Translations under genes and position numbers: made by a program
Shown: positions 1 through 12,139 of the stretch, in pieces
How positions within the stretch are numbered: position 1 is the stretch's first letter
Layout: the number at the start of each line of letters is the position of its first letter
Notes under the pieces: model-generated
Databases searched by the model: none
The model's input: only the letters and a program-made list of their open reading frames with translations
Told to the model about the DNA's origin: nothing
Assembly (NCBI GenBank): GCA_002269645.1
Contig: NIVC01000151.1
Coordinates: 62,001 to 126,000, forward strand
DNA from: Macrostomum lignano
Taxonomy: Eukaryota
Direction of reading: 5' to 3'
DNA length: 64,000 nucleotides

Positions 1-771
1 GGCAACTTTTCGCCGAAAAATACACTACAGAGATAGGAGGTTTTAATTTTTTTAGCACAAACATTGTTATTGCTTTTGATAAGAGACAGATCCAGTGTTC
101 ATCTTTTGATATGTTGTGCCTTTCTTATTGCTCTATCGATATTCATAAAGCTTTTCGTTCGGAAATAGTTTTAAAGGCAGGTTTCACCGGAAAAACACAC
201 TACGGAGATGGGAAATTTCACGATTTTCAACACCAAAACAGTGATTGGGTCTCTCAACAGTTTCAGAGAAAGTCTTTTTGTGCCTCACATGCTGCTCTAA
301 CGACGCATCAATCGATTTTTCATGTTAAATTGTTCTTGTCATTGTTTTAAAAGTTTTTTCAAGTGACAGACCAATTTAACATGAAAAATCGATCAATGCG
401 TCATTAGAGCAGCATGTGAGGCACAAATAGTGTGATTAGGACTTTCTCTGACACTGTTAAGAGACCCAATCACTGTTTTAGTGTTGAAAATCGTGGAATT
501 TCCTATCTCCATAGTGTATTTTTCCGATGAAACCTGCCTTTAAAACTATTTATAAACGAAAAGCTTTATGAATATCGATAAAGCAATGAGAAAGGCACAG
601 CATATCAAAAGATGAACACTGGATCTGCCTCCTATCAAAAGCAATAACAATTTTTGTGCTGAAAAAATGAAAACCTCCTATCTCAGTGGTGCATTTTTCG
701 GCGAAAAGTTGCCTTCAAAACATTTACCACAGATTTCGAATGTTGCGTCCTTCTACTTAAGTTGTCCTTGG
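1..771. mobile_element. Foldback/MITE-like DNA element with long inverted arms (left end outside window)
   Basis: 1-332 is an imperfect reverse complement of 372-713 (e.g. GGCAACTTTTCGCCGAAAAA at 1-20 vs TTTTTCGGCGAAAAGTTGCC at 694-713). It ends in GTCCTTCTACTTAAGTTGTCCTTGG, like the related copy at 20807-21390. Confidence 0.8.
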
Positions 772-1193
772 TCGAGCTCGCGCAGTCGGACGAGAAACGA
801 CAGGCCGAGTCAACTAAAGACGGCGACAGCAAAGAGCGCTCGAGTAAGCAAGAATCTAGCGCCAAGCTCGGTCTTGGACAAGCTGGCGCCAGTGTCGAGC
901 TCGCGCAGTCGGACGAGAAACGACAGGCCGAGTCAACTAAAGACGGCGACAGCAAAGAGCGCTCGAGTAAGCAAGAATCTAGCGCCAAGCTCGGTCTTGG
1001 ACAAGCTGGCGCCAGTGTCGAGCTCGCGCAGTCGGACGAGAAACGACAGGCCGAGTCAACTAAAGACGGCGACAGCAAAGAGCGCTCGAGTAAGCAAGAA
1101 TCTAGCGCCAAGCTCGGTCTTGGACAAGCTGGCGCCAGTGTCGAGCTCGCGCAGTCGGACGAGAAACGACAGGCCGAGTCAACTAAAGACGGC
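771..1193. repeat. 123-bp perfect tandem repeat, about 3.4 copies
   Basis: GTCGAGCTCGCGCAGTCGG recurs at 771, 894, 1017 and 1140. One + frame reads the 41-aa unit VELAQSDEKRQAESTKDGDSKERSSKQESSAKLGLGQAGAS. Confidence 0.95.
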
Positions 1194-1524
1194 TACTTCG
1201 GTTAATTTCGTTGAGGCCCTTTTTCTATTGAGTATAAGGTCGTTCAATGTTTTTCGGTTAACTGTCCTAGACCCGTTTGTCAAGTTTTTTTCGGTGGTGG
1301 ATGTGGTTGTTTTTTCGGTACAATACGTTTATTAGTGTTTTTTAAGACTTCCATTATGTTTTTACCTGGGGTATTAGTAAGCACTTACATTGCTTTTTAA
1401 AATTGGGTTTTAGTCGTAGGTATAGTTTTTTGGAAGTTAACAAGCTTGCATTCGGGGTTTCTGTGAAATAGATAAGTCATGTGCTAGTTACTTATGAAGA
1501 GATTTACGGTCAATCTGAGATGCA

Positions 1525-2281
1525 TGAGGTCCGGCCAAAATGGAACGAGAATTTAGCTACAAAAAAATTCAGAACAAATTATGCAAATTTAGTCAACTAC
1601 AGCCTTCAAATTAATTGCGGCCACTTTCAACCCATCGCCTCAATCGCTAGTGCCAGCTCCTGATGCAGCCCTGGAAGCCCTCCTTCATGACGCCCCTCAG
1701 CACCCTTGTCACACTCTCCTTGATGGCATCCTAGTTTTGAAATCTGGATCCTTTGAGGACCTGCTTCACCTTGTTAAAGAGCCAGGAATCACACAGCGCT
1801 ATATCTGGTGAATAAGGTGGGTGGCTCAACTCTGCGACCTATCTTTTGGCCAAAAACTGTCTCAATGTCTCGATGTTTAATTGCAGTTTTTTCTGACCGT
1901 CAGTGAGGAACTTTGGCCCCATCTTTGACGCTCTCCTATCCATCCTGGAATCGCTTGTGCCACTAATACACCCTTGCCTGAGACTTAGCATCTTCTCTAT
2001 ACACCTCGTGAAGCAGCTGGAGGCATTCCGATAGCTTCTTGCCGAGTTTCACCGGAAAATTGATGTTGATTAGTTGCTCATTGTTCATTTTGTGACATAC
2101 TCATAGCAGTATGACAGCTATTTAGAAAAATCATTAAAAAATCATTAAAACCAAAACTCTCCGACACAAGACTGCTTCCTATAAAAGCTGAGAAGCTGAG
2201 CTGCAAGAAGACATCGATTAATTTTAGTAAAAGCTCGTATTTTCAGAGTTAGACAGCAATTCTCGATACTTTTTGGCCTCG
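1525..2281 (-). mobile_element. Internally deleted, decayed mariner DNA transposon
   Basis: The minus strand encodes a mariner-type N-terminus (..KLGKKLSECLQLLHEVYREDAKSQARVY*WHKRFQDG) joined to the C-terminus HPPYSPDIALCDSWLFNKVKQVLKGSRF, with in-frame stops. Degenerate TIRs are TGAGGTCCGGCCAAAA (1525) and TTTTGGCCTCG (2271-2281), the latter followed by TA. Confidence 0.8.
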
Positions 2282-4042
2282 TAACTGGCTATTAGCGGGA
2301 TATACTCAACAGGTTCAATACTTCAATACTCAATAAAGCCTTAACAAGTCGACATGAGCCTCAAGATTTTTCTGGCACCCGGGATATTTTAGGGTTGAAA
2401 TAATTTGTCTGAAGTTTTTTTTGTTTTTGACATTGCCTGTAATTTTGATGACTCAGATGGGCTTACAGCCTGGATGCTTTTTTACTCATTTTGTTTTAAT
2501 TTTCTCTGTTGTGAAGTGTTATAACTGGACCAACTTACCGCGTAATGTTGATTGATTGGGAAGAATTTAATTTTTAACATTTGTAACTTTCAAAGGTATT
2601 TATTTTGTGAAATTTTATTTAAAAAATATAACTTGACGCGCATCGTGAATAAACTGAAAAACAATAGGCTCTACCGATACTTACCAGCATGTTTGTGTAT
2701 TGAGGACATCATTCAACCATTAAAGAGGTTGTAATATTAAGCGAAAAGACAACAAACAACAAAAACAACGCTAAAGCATGCTGCTCAGACCCTAAAAAAG
2801 AAGAGAAAACCCTTATTGATCCTCCTCCAAACAGCTTCTACAGAAGGGATGAATGGGAAGATGAGGATTCCATTTTAACTTAAATGGCAGCGGCGGCCGA
2901 TCGATCCGGTTCTTTATCGGATCGCACAACTGGGCCACAGTTGCCAGTCGCCTGAATTATGGCAACTGTAGGAGGGATGAAGAGAGTGACTGCCATTTTG
3001 CTGAAGGCAGTTTTGAAAAGCGTGTATTTGCATGCACATCCATCCGCTGTCGGCTTCTATTTTTATTCTATTGTTTAACGGCGTGGAAAAATTTACGGCG
3101 AAAATGCTCTGTTGGTGGGGCCTTAAATAGCTGGAGAACAGCATCCCTGGAGAGCGCGCCTGTCCTTGTCGGTGGGGAGCCTGCAGCGTCAGCAGCAGCG
3201 CCTCCTGCACCGGCTGTGAGCAGTGCGGCTCGGATGCTGTGGCATGGTCAGCTGGAGTCGCGACGGAGTTCTGCATTCTTGAACTGCTCGTAGCTTCAAC
3301 GCTTCAACCTTCTGTTCGAGCCAGTCCGTCAGCCTTCTGTGTGGATTCTGTGCAGTAATAAAATACTAAGAAAACCAACTCTAACAGAAACAGAATTTGT
3401 TTTGCCAACGCGTTCCGTCTCACACAGTGCCGAGCTTCTATCTTCCTTTCTACGTTCCTCTGTTTCTTTCTGTACGTTTGAATCTCTACCGGACTGAATC
3501 GACCCTACTCTGGACTTCGTACATTAAGTAATATACAATGTATTTTATACAAACATATGTATATATTTGCCGTTGTGTTAAAAGACGCTGGTGACGTTTG
3601 TGTGACAGAAAAGTTTTAAGTTTCTACGTGAAGAAACTTAATTCTTGCTATACTGATGAGAACAGAGAACTGATCTCACAGAACCGTGACTTCCCCAGTA
3701 AGTACTTTGAACCGGTGGCAGCTGGGAAACAAAATTTACTGATACCATGTGTGTCGAATGCAGAGACTCTGAGTGTCTGTCGACTCATCTTGATATGTAA
3801 TCTCCTAGAGCGTTTAGCATCCGAACACCGTGCACCTATTGAAAACGGAAGGACTGGCTAAACTCCATCATTGCATGCAACTTTATATTAGAAATTCGAT
3901 TCATCGAAACGCGCGTCTATGGCCTAAAAGCGTCAAACAGGGTCACGAGGCGCTGCCGACCAAAAGCCCAAAAGCAGAATATCAGTCTTTAGAAATGCGC
4001 GCAGCAAGCCAGCTGATTTTATTCTAGTGGTCAAGCAGAACG

Positions 4043-4927
4043 ATGGCAGAAAGCGGCGACAGCACGGAGCAGCAGCTCTTTCAAACGGCTGCTCAGCTGG
4101 CAGCGCAGTTCGAGAAGGTCATTAACAAGATAAAAGAGCAAGAGCCCAGCCCCGCACCTGCGGTGACAGCGGGAGCAGCCAGCGGCAAGGCTGGCGGGCA
4201 GCAGCAACAGCGAAAGAGGAAAACACAAAAAGCGGAAAGACACCACAAGCACGAGCAGCAGCAGCAGCAGCAGCATCAGCAGGAAGTGCAGCAGCTCTTC
4301 AACCAGATTGCAATGTACATGAAGAACTGCCAGCAGCTTCAGCAGCCGCCGCAGCAGCAGCAGGAACAACAGCAACAGCAGCAGCAGCCGCAGCAAAAGC
4401 GGGAAAAGCTTCAGACGCTTCAGCGCTCGCTTGAGCCGCAGCCGGTGGCCACCAACGCCAGCAACCTGGCGGGCAGTGGGCGGCGTGTCGTCACGGAGCC
4501 GAGCGAGCTGCGACTCGTCCTGCAGCTCGATTCCTGGATCGCCGAGAACGGCTCGCTGGTTGTGCGCCCCAGCGTGCGGCAGGACCGCGGCGGCAACTCG
4601 GTAGAGGCGGAGGACGCGGAGTTCAGTCTGCAGTTTCCCAGCGGCGCTCCCGCCAGGAGCTTCCCGGCGAGGCAGCAGCCGCAGCGACTTCGCGGCGGTC
4701 CGTTCGACGCGAGGCGCGCAACGCCGGGCTCTTCAGCCGCTGGCCGAAAGCTCGGACACGATTTTCCTCCGGCTGGCGACAACGGCTACCAGCTGAACAA
4801 CCATCACGACGACGACTATTCTGACGACGGCATCTCTTTCTCTGACCGCGTGGGCAGCAGCAGCGACTCCGAGAACGCTGGCGCCGCCTCTGCTGACGGC
4901 TCAGACGGTGATACGCACATGATGTAG
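4043..4927 (+). CDS. Gln-rich, low-complexity hypothetical protein (294 aa); may be an exon of a larger gene
   Basis: GC-rich 885-bp ORF with ATG and C/G-ending codons, poly-Q tracts and an acidic tail. No domain recognised. Confidence 0.5.
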   Translation: MAESGDSTEQQLFQTAAQLAAQFEKVINKIKEQEPSPAPAVTAGAASGKAGGQQQQRKRKTQKAERHHKHEQQQQQQHQQEVQQLFNQIAMYMKNCQQLQQPPQQQQEQQQQQQQPQQKREKLQTLQRSLEPQPVATNASNLAGSGRRVVTEPSELRLVLQLDSWIAENGSLVVRPSVRQDRGGNSVEAEDAEFSLQFPSGAPARSFPARQQPQRLRGGPFDARRATPGSSAAGRKLGHDFPPAGDNGYQLNNHHDDDYSDDGISFSDRVGSSSDSENAGAASADGSDGDTHMM

Positions 4928-5576
4928 AGACTGCTGCCTGCAGTGCTTGCTGAAGCCCTCGAGAGACTGAAGCTTTCTCGCCCATCTTGAACCAACTCCA
5001 GCTCAGTCCGTGCAATGCTGAGTTTTACAGACAGTAGGGCTTGCAGTCACCCACTTAGCTTACCTGCCTACCAAAATGCTCATACACGTATTTAGTTTAC
5101 CGATGAAGTAATCCCCAACACTGCTCATTTATTTGTAAGACTCAACGGGGCACTAAAGGACGACTTTAAATACAAAATGCCATCCCAGTGCTCAGAGCGC
5201 CTGCTGCGGCTGCATGGCCTGCAGAGCAATGGCTTGGATCTTCTGTTTCCAGTTGTTTGCCGGCATGTCAATCGGGTGCCGGCCTCTGCATGCGCGCTCA
5301 AAAGCGACCCGTGACGAGCTCCACTGGCTGTCACTGGCTCCACTTGCAAATATTGGCAGAATTCTAGTAGGCCGCTTTGAATGTACAGCTTGAGTTTTCG
5401 AAGTTTTCGAAGAAAACCAAGAGTGCATCCTTCCACTTCAGCTGTCCATAGTTGCACATCTGTCAGCTTTAATTTAGGTAAAATGCAAATTTCTATATGA
5501 GCTGACAGCAGGGTTACAGAATCTGTCAGATGCACTTTTTGATAGCGAGTGTTCTCGTCTCAGCTGACAGGTCCGC

Positions 5577-6246
5577 GACATTTGACTGCCACACATTGAC
5601 TGTCAACTCAAACCCTAACCAAAATCCTAACCTTAAACCCTAACCTAAATCCTAACCAAAAACCCTAACCTAAATCCTAACCAAAAACCCAAAGCTAAAT
5701 CCTAACCAAAAACCCTAACCTAAATCCTAACCAAAAACCCTAACCTAAATCCTAACCAAAAACCCTAACCTAAATCCTAACCAAAAACCCTAACCTAAAT
5801 CCTAACCAAAAACCCTAACCTAAATCCTAACCTAAAACCCTAACCTAAATCCTAACCTAAAACCCTAACCTAAATCCTAACCTAAAACCCTAACCTAAAT
5901 CCTAACCTAAAACCCTAACCTAAATCCTAACCAAAAACCCTAACCTAAATCCTAACCTAAAACGCTAACCTAAATCCTAACCAAAAACCCTAACCTAAAT
6001 CCTAACCTAAAACGCTAACCTAAATCCTAACCTAAAACCCTAACCTATATCCTAACCATAATCCTAACCTAACCTAAATCCTAGCCTAAAATTCATACAT
6101 AAGTCTAACCTAAAACCTATCCTAAATTCTAACCTAAAACCCAAACCTAAGTAACCAAAAAAACAAACCTAAGTCCTAACCGAAAACCCTAACCTAAATT
6201 CTAACCTAAACCGTAACCAAATTCGATTTGCTGGCGGTCAGATTTC
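5577..6246. repeat. Telomere-like 25-bp minisatellite (AACCCTAACCTAAATCCTAACCAAA)n bracketed by a short inverted repeat
   Basis: The array spans about 5610-6215. Flanks GACATTTGACTGCCA (5577-5591) and TGGCGGTCAGATTTC (6232-6246) are inverted with 12/15 matches. Confidence 0.85.
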
Positions 6247-6308
6247 AAGGCTCCCGTTCAAACTGGATTTGCATTTTCCTCTGTGATTTTCCCGGCAAAG
6301 GCAGTGGG

Positions 6309-6356
6309 CAGGGACTACTAAATACTACATACGCTCGTAGTATTTAGCAGTCCCTG
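6309..6356. mobile_element. 48-bp hAT-like micro-MITE
   Basis: CAGGGACTACTAAATACTAC...GTAGTATTTAGCAGTCCCTG hairpin with 1 mismatch. Flanks GCAGTGGG and GCACTGGG form a 7/8 8-bp TSD. Confidence 0.6.
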
Positions 6357-6724
6357 GCACTGGGTTGATTTCATACCGTCTGCACTCGGCTGCTTTTCTC
6401 TACTATATTATATGATGGAGGGAAGCCTCTGATCTGCATGGCTGCCAGGCCGGGCCATAGACCAATGGCTGCAGTGCATGACTGCCCCTTCGTCTTTCAT
6501 ATTGGGACCCCGCCCCCATGGCAACCGCTTGTCAAACTGCACTGAGAATTGAGAATTTGCCCGCGGGAGCTCACTTTGAGGATCAGCATTCGGCATCTGA
6601 AGTGTGTGAGTCATCGTCGCTGCTGTTTTTGCCGAAATTCGGTATTTTATAATTGATTTTTGCACCACCTTACTGGCTCACATCTCAGTCGCTGCCCCAC
6701 AGTCTCATCTGTAACACAGATGTT

Positions 6725-7125
6725 CTCATGTCTCACTCTCCGATTCTCATACATGCCTATCTGTAACTCGGATTCTCATGTTTAACTGCTTCTGATTCTC
6801 ATGCCTCATACTCTCTGATTCTCATGCCTCATACTCTCTGATTCTCATGCCTCACACTCTCCGATTCTCATGCCTCACACTCTCCGATTCTCATGCCTCA
6901 CACTCTCTGATTCTCATGCCTCACACTCTCATTTCCCTCACACTCTCTGATTCTCATGCCTCACACTCTCCGATTCTCATGCCTCACACTCTCCGATTCT
7001 CATGCCTCACACTCTCTGATTCTCATGCCTCACACTCTCTTATCCCTCACACTCTCTGCTTCTCATGCTTCACACTCTGATTCTGATGCCTCACACACTC
7101 TGATTCTCATGCCTCATACTCTGAG
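6725..7125. repeat. 23-bp minisatellite
   Basis: (ATTCTCATGCCTCACACTCTCCG)n, degenerate at the edges. Confidence 0.9.
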
Positions 7126-7159
7126 TCTCATTCCTCAAAAGTCTTTAAGATTATTTCAG

Positions 7160-9530
7160 TCTCAGCCGCAAGCCCTGCTCTCCAAAGGCCGATCTCCTCA
7201 CCGCAGTCAGCAAGCTCCTCAGTCAGCAGCAGCCCAACATGCAGCCCGCCTTCGCCTGTCCGCTGGCTTCCCAGTCCCGCTTCTGCCTCAGCGGGCCGAG
7301 CGTACAGAGAAACTGCAACGCCACGGACCTCCACCTGCAGGACTACTGCGGAGACAGCCAGCTGGTGCGACTCTGGGAGGATGAGAGATGGGCTAGCGGC
7401 TTTGGAGATTGGGGTTGGGCTAGCGGCTTTGGAGATTGGGGTTGGGCTAGCGGATTTAAAGATTGGGGTTGGGCTAGCGGCTTTGGAGATTGGGGTTGGG
7501 CTAGCGGCTTTGGAGATTGGGGTTGGGCTAGCGGCTTTGGAGATTGGGGTTGGGCTAGCGGCTTTGGAGATTGGGGTTGGGGTAGCGACTCGGGAACTGG
7601 AGGTTGGGTAGCAACCGGACCCCTCACTCCGCACCCCTCACTCCGCACCCCTCACTCCGCACCCCTCACTCTGCACCCCTCACTCCGCACCCCTCACTCC
7701 GCACCCCTCACTCTGCACCCCTCAATCCGCACCCCTCACTCCGCACCCCTCACTCTGCACCTCTCACTCTGCACCCCTCACGCCGCACCCCTCACTCTGC
7801 ACCTCTCACTCTGCACCCCTCACGCCGCACCCCTCACTCCGCACTCTTCACTCTGCACCCCTCACTCTGCACCCCTCACTCCGCACCCCTCACTCTGCAC
7901 CCCTCACTCCGCACCCCTCACTCTGCACCCCTCACTCCTCACCCCGCCCCCTCCCCGCACCCCTCACTCCGCACCCTCACCCGCCCTCTCTCAACCGCAC
8001 CCTCACCCCGCCCTCTCTCACCCCTCACCCTGCAACCCTCACCCCGCGCACCTCATCCTACACCCACGCCCCTCACATCGCAACCCTCACTCTCACCCCC
8101 CTCACATCTCACCTCGCAGCCGGCCAGTGAGAAGGACCAGCGCAGTTCGCACTTTGCCGCGCGCTCGGAGCGCACAGCTGGGACTGACGGCGCCGGCGGG
8201 GGCGGCGGCGGGAGGCGGGTCGAGTTTGCTTCAGGTAAGGAAGAGCGATTCTGCGCTTGGGGTGCTGCAAAATCGGAGAAATGAAGAGAGGGGACAAGAA
8301 ACACGATGAAACCAAAATATAATCGGGTCAAATGTTTATTTTTAGAATCGTCTGTTCTGAGGCTTCCAGACTTTCTTCACCAGAAGCTTCACAAGCGGCC
8401 ACCTCGTGGAAGTTATAGAATTCTCGAACTTTTCAAACAGGTACATTCGTCAAAAAAAGACGCGCGTCATCAACTCGCTTTCCCTCCTCATGAAGCAGCG
8501 CTTAAGACACAGAAAGTCTGCATGCCAACCTTAGGTTTTTATAAGAATAATTTTGGCTCAACTACTTTATGCTTTTCCCGTGTTGCTTGCCTGAACTTCA
8601 TTTGGGACGTGTGCACAAAAGTTGGCCGCCGAGGTTTGTCGTGCGATTCCAGCAAATTCGGGCCAACCCCCGAGACACAGGCAGAGTACAACATGCCTGA
8701 CAATTAGAAAGCCGCTGTACACCTTGAGTAAGCCTGTGTAATAAGTACGTGCCTGTGTAAATTATCCTTGTCAGCAGGAGTCAGTGCAAGGAGGTGCTCA
8801 AAACCTACTGCAAATATTTGTTTATCTACTAATACGCTCGTAGTAGAAATGTACGCACAACTCTTTCATGGACACAAATTCAAAATCGCGCACCCTAAAA
8901 TGCCGCTCGCCTGACAGGGGCTGCGGCCCGCAGCCAATCAAGGCGGAGCCGCGGCAGCCGCGGTCAGCTGAAGCAGCCAGCGCAGCCGCTGTCACTGTCG
9001 GCCTTGCTGGTGCCGCTGTCCTGCAGCAACCAGTCCAACAAGCGCCACCCGCTGCCCGGCTGCTGGTCAGCCAGCAACGCGCAGGTGAGTCTCTCAGTGA
9101 TGATGAATGAGACTGGGCAGCTCAAAGTACTGCTGGCTGTGTAGTCAAGACACTTGGACTGTTTATCAGTACACTCCACAATACTCTTAGCTGCTCTGCA
9201 ACACCGCCTCCCCCCACCGAACCTGCAGCTGAGCACCCAGACCGAGTCAGCGACTCCGAAGACGCAGCAGACTTCAAACAACCCATGCGGCGTTCCTGCG
9301 AGCAGCGGGGGCGGCGGTGGCGGCCAGGAGCTTATGAAGAACTGCGGCGTGCCCTATTGGAATGTGTACGAGTACGAGGAGTTCCGGGAACTGCAGCACG
9401 GCAACTCGCATCTGTTTGATCCACAAGTTGACATCAACCTGCATCGGGAGAATATAATTCTGGACAACTACAACCGCCTGCTGCGGAGCTGCTCCAACTT
9501 CCTGCCCCCGACATCCATGTATCACGTCAG
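7160..9530 (+). CDS. Unknown multi-exon gene, partial model: exons 7160-7364, 8120-8234, 8918-9084, 9229-9530
   Basis: GC-rich exons with AG acceptors and GT donors (GTGCGA, GTAAGG, GTGAGT, GTGATC) chain in phase 0/1/0. They include RFCLSGPSVQRNCNATDLHLQDYCG and KNCGVPYWNVYEYEEFRELQHGNSHLFDPQVDINLHRENIILDNYNRLL. Family not recognised and ends not defined. Confidence 0.5.
7387..7600. repeat. 27-bp intronic minisatellite
   Basis: (GGGCTAGCGGCTTTGGAGATTGGGGTT)n. Confidence 0.9.
7618..7980. repeat. 14-bp intronic minisatellite
   Basis: (CCCTCACTCCGCAC)n, degrading into a C-rich tract. Confidence 0.9.
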
Positions 9531-9603
9531 GTGATCGCTGCGCAGGTGGGTAAGTTTTGCTTTTACTCCAGCTACCTCCCATCTCAACTGTGCACTCTTA
9601 AGT

Positions 9604-10355
9604 GATTGCCCTCAGCCACCCCAACTGCTGGCTTCCTTCCCCCGAGTACGAGCGTACATTGGCGGTTTAAATCTCGTCCCTGTGATTGCCCTCACCCACC
9701 CCAACTGCTGGCTTCCTTCCTCCGCGTACATTGGCGCTCTAAATCTCGTCCCTGTGATTGCCCTCAACCCACCCCAACTGCTGGTTCCCGTCTCCTGTGT
9801 ACATTGGCGGTCTAAATCTCGTCCCCGTGATTGCCCTCACCCACCCCAACTGCTGGCTTCCTTCCCCCGAGTACATTGGCGGTTTAAATCTCGTCCCTGT
9901 GATTGCCCTCACTCACTCCAACTGCTGGCTTCCTTCCTCCGCGTACATTGGCGCTCTAAATCTCGTCCCTGTGATTTCCCTCACCCACCCCAACTGCTGG
10001 CTTCCTTCCCCCGAGTACATTGGCGGTTTAAATCTCGTCCCTGTGATTGCCCTCACCCACTCCAACTGCTGGCTTCCTTCCTCCGCGTACATTGGCGCTC
10101 TAAATCTCGTCCCTGTGATTGCCCTCACCCACCCCAACTGCTGGTTCCCGTCTCCTGTGTACATTGGCGGTCTAAATCTCGTCCCCGTGATTGCCCTCAC
10201 CCACCCCAACTGCTGGCTTCCTTCCCCCGAGTACATTGGCGGCTTAAATCTCGTCCCTGTGATTGCCCTCACCCACCCCAACTGCTGGCTCCCTTCTGCG
10301 TACATAGGCGCTCTAAATCTTGTCCCTGAAATTGCCCTCAGCCACCCCAACTGCG
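9604..10355. repeat. About 72-bp minisatellite with alternating variants
   Basis: GATTGCCCTCACCCACCCCAACTGCTGG... recurs at 9684, 9756, 9829, 9901 and onward. Confidence 0.9.
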
Positions 10356-11212
10356 GGCTCCCTTTCCCTTCGTGACCAAAAGCTGTTGAAAAAAAGAAAA
10401 ACAATTAAGTCGAAACTTCAAATTTCAGCATATCTCAACAGCCGAGAACAAAGTGGACGCAGCTGAGAATTCGAATCTGCTGAAGTGACTTAACTGAAAA
10501 CTGTGGGACAAGCTAGACAGCGCAGCAATGGGCAAACCTCTCTCACCATTTTAATCTCTATGCTTAAGTGGAGTTTTTAATTTCTGCTCAACACTCATTG
10601 TTTTCCCAACCTCGGTACGAGCAAAGCTAATTCTTATGATATTCCTTATAGTCTGCGTGTTACTTTTGCTGCAGCAGCTGAGAGGCCCGCTGTGAATAGC
10701 GGGCTTGAGGCAGAGCTCGTTAGCCTGCAGCCCCATTCCCTCTGCAATCATTGACTTAGTTCGCGCCATGCCGCAATATTCTTTAAGATTATAATTAAGC
10801 ACTGCTGTGAATGCGCGCTTGAGACAAGCGGCCCAGAAGCCGCTCCCCTAACTGATCCTTAAGGGTCACTTGAGGTCATTTGTCTAGATTTTATTTACCT
10901 TTCGCACCAAATTCAATCAAAATAGTTCACTGCTCATATGTTTGAAGGCCTGCAAAAAGTAGCGATCGAATCAAACCCTATAGACAGACTGTAGTCAGCT
11001 CATGCTCGCCCCCGGTGCTCAAATACACGGAGTTGATGGCTTCCGTTCACCAGCACAAGCGCACCGCGGAGTTCCGTCAGCCGAAAGCTTTTTTGCACTT
11101 TAACCGTAGGGATCTCAGCTCAATACCCGATCGCCTGCTTCTTTCTTTTCCCATTTCCGGACGCCGCCAACGCAGAAACAAATTTGCTGGACATACGACG
11201 CTTGACAGCCGA

Positions 11213-11345
11213 ACCTAACCCTACCTAAACCTAACCTAGACCCTATCCTAAGCTCAAATCCCTAAGCTCTAACACTAACCCTAACCCATAATCTAACTCC
11301 AACCTAAAACCTAGCCCTAACCTAAAACCTAGCCCTAACTAACTA
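11213..11345. repeat. Degenerate telomere-like CCTAAC tract
   Basis: Runs of CCTAACC, CCCTAA and CCTAAA. Confidence 0.7.
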
Positions 11346-12139
11346 TCTAGCTAGCTATATAGCCTCTTGCCCTACTAAAAGTCCTTTGGATACTCTTCTA
11401 GAAACACCAAGCCAAGGGACCCGGGGACACCTGCATGCAAATGAATGGTGTTGCATGCACGCATAACATGTGCATGAACATGTACAGGTTCATAACATGT
11501 ACACAGAGGTTCATAACATGTACAGAGTCTCGTAACATGGGCACATTTACTCGATTCTGCATGCGCATCGCGAAAATGAATGAAGTGAATCAATGAAAAA
11601 CTTCGCGATACATGACTACTAAGCAAGCTTTAGCTAGTTGGGCCTGGTGCAGATTACTAATGGGGAAACGAACTCAGTGAAGGGGATCGAGATCCCAGGT
11701 GCCTGACTAGGCTAGGCGAAGAATAAGAGCCAGAGAGCAAGTCGATCTTGAGAGAGCAACGTCGCTTATGGCTCATCACGGCTCTCAGCTTCTAGCCCGC
11801 GTCCAGCATGGGTTCACTGCTCAATGTGAGGAGATTGACGGCTCTGGAATTGCGAGCTCTCTGCAGCAGCGAGTTCATCGATGAGGTGGCACACTGTGGT
11901 GTATGGGAACAGCGAGCACTGGCGAGTGTCCGAGTCGAACTCGGCCACCTGCAGGCCGGGGAGCAGGGCTACCAGAATGAGGCCTGACATCGGCGTCTCT
12001 CTTGAGCCGAACATTTTTCTCCAACGGAGGCTTCGTGCCGCCAGAGCAGGTTGACTCAAATAGGCTCGTTTTCTGCATAAAGCATCCCAACTGCACCTGA
12101 CTTCGACATGGCGACTCACGAATGCTGAACGGCCGATGC

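Noticed and set aside
2914-3348. Possible minus-strand exon or ORF
   Set aside because: An acceptor-like site exists near 3348, but the frames are short, no family is recognisable and no partner exons were found.
5125-5535. Short ORFs on both strands
   Set aside because: No motif, no consistent splice sites and no clear strand preference.
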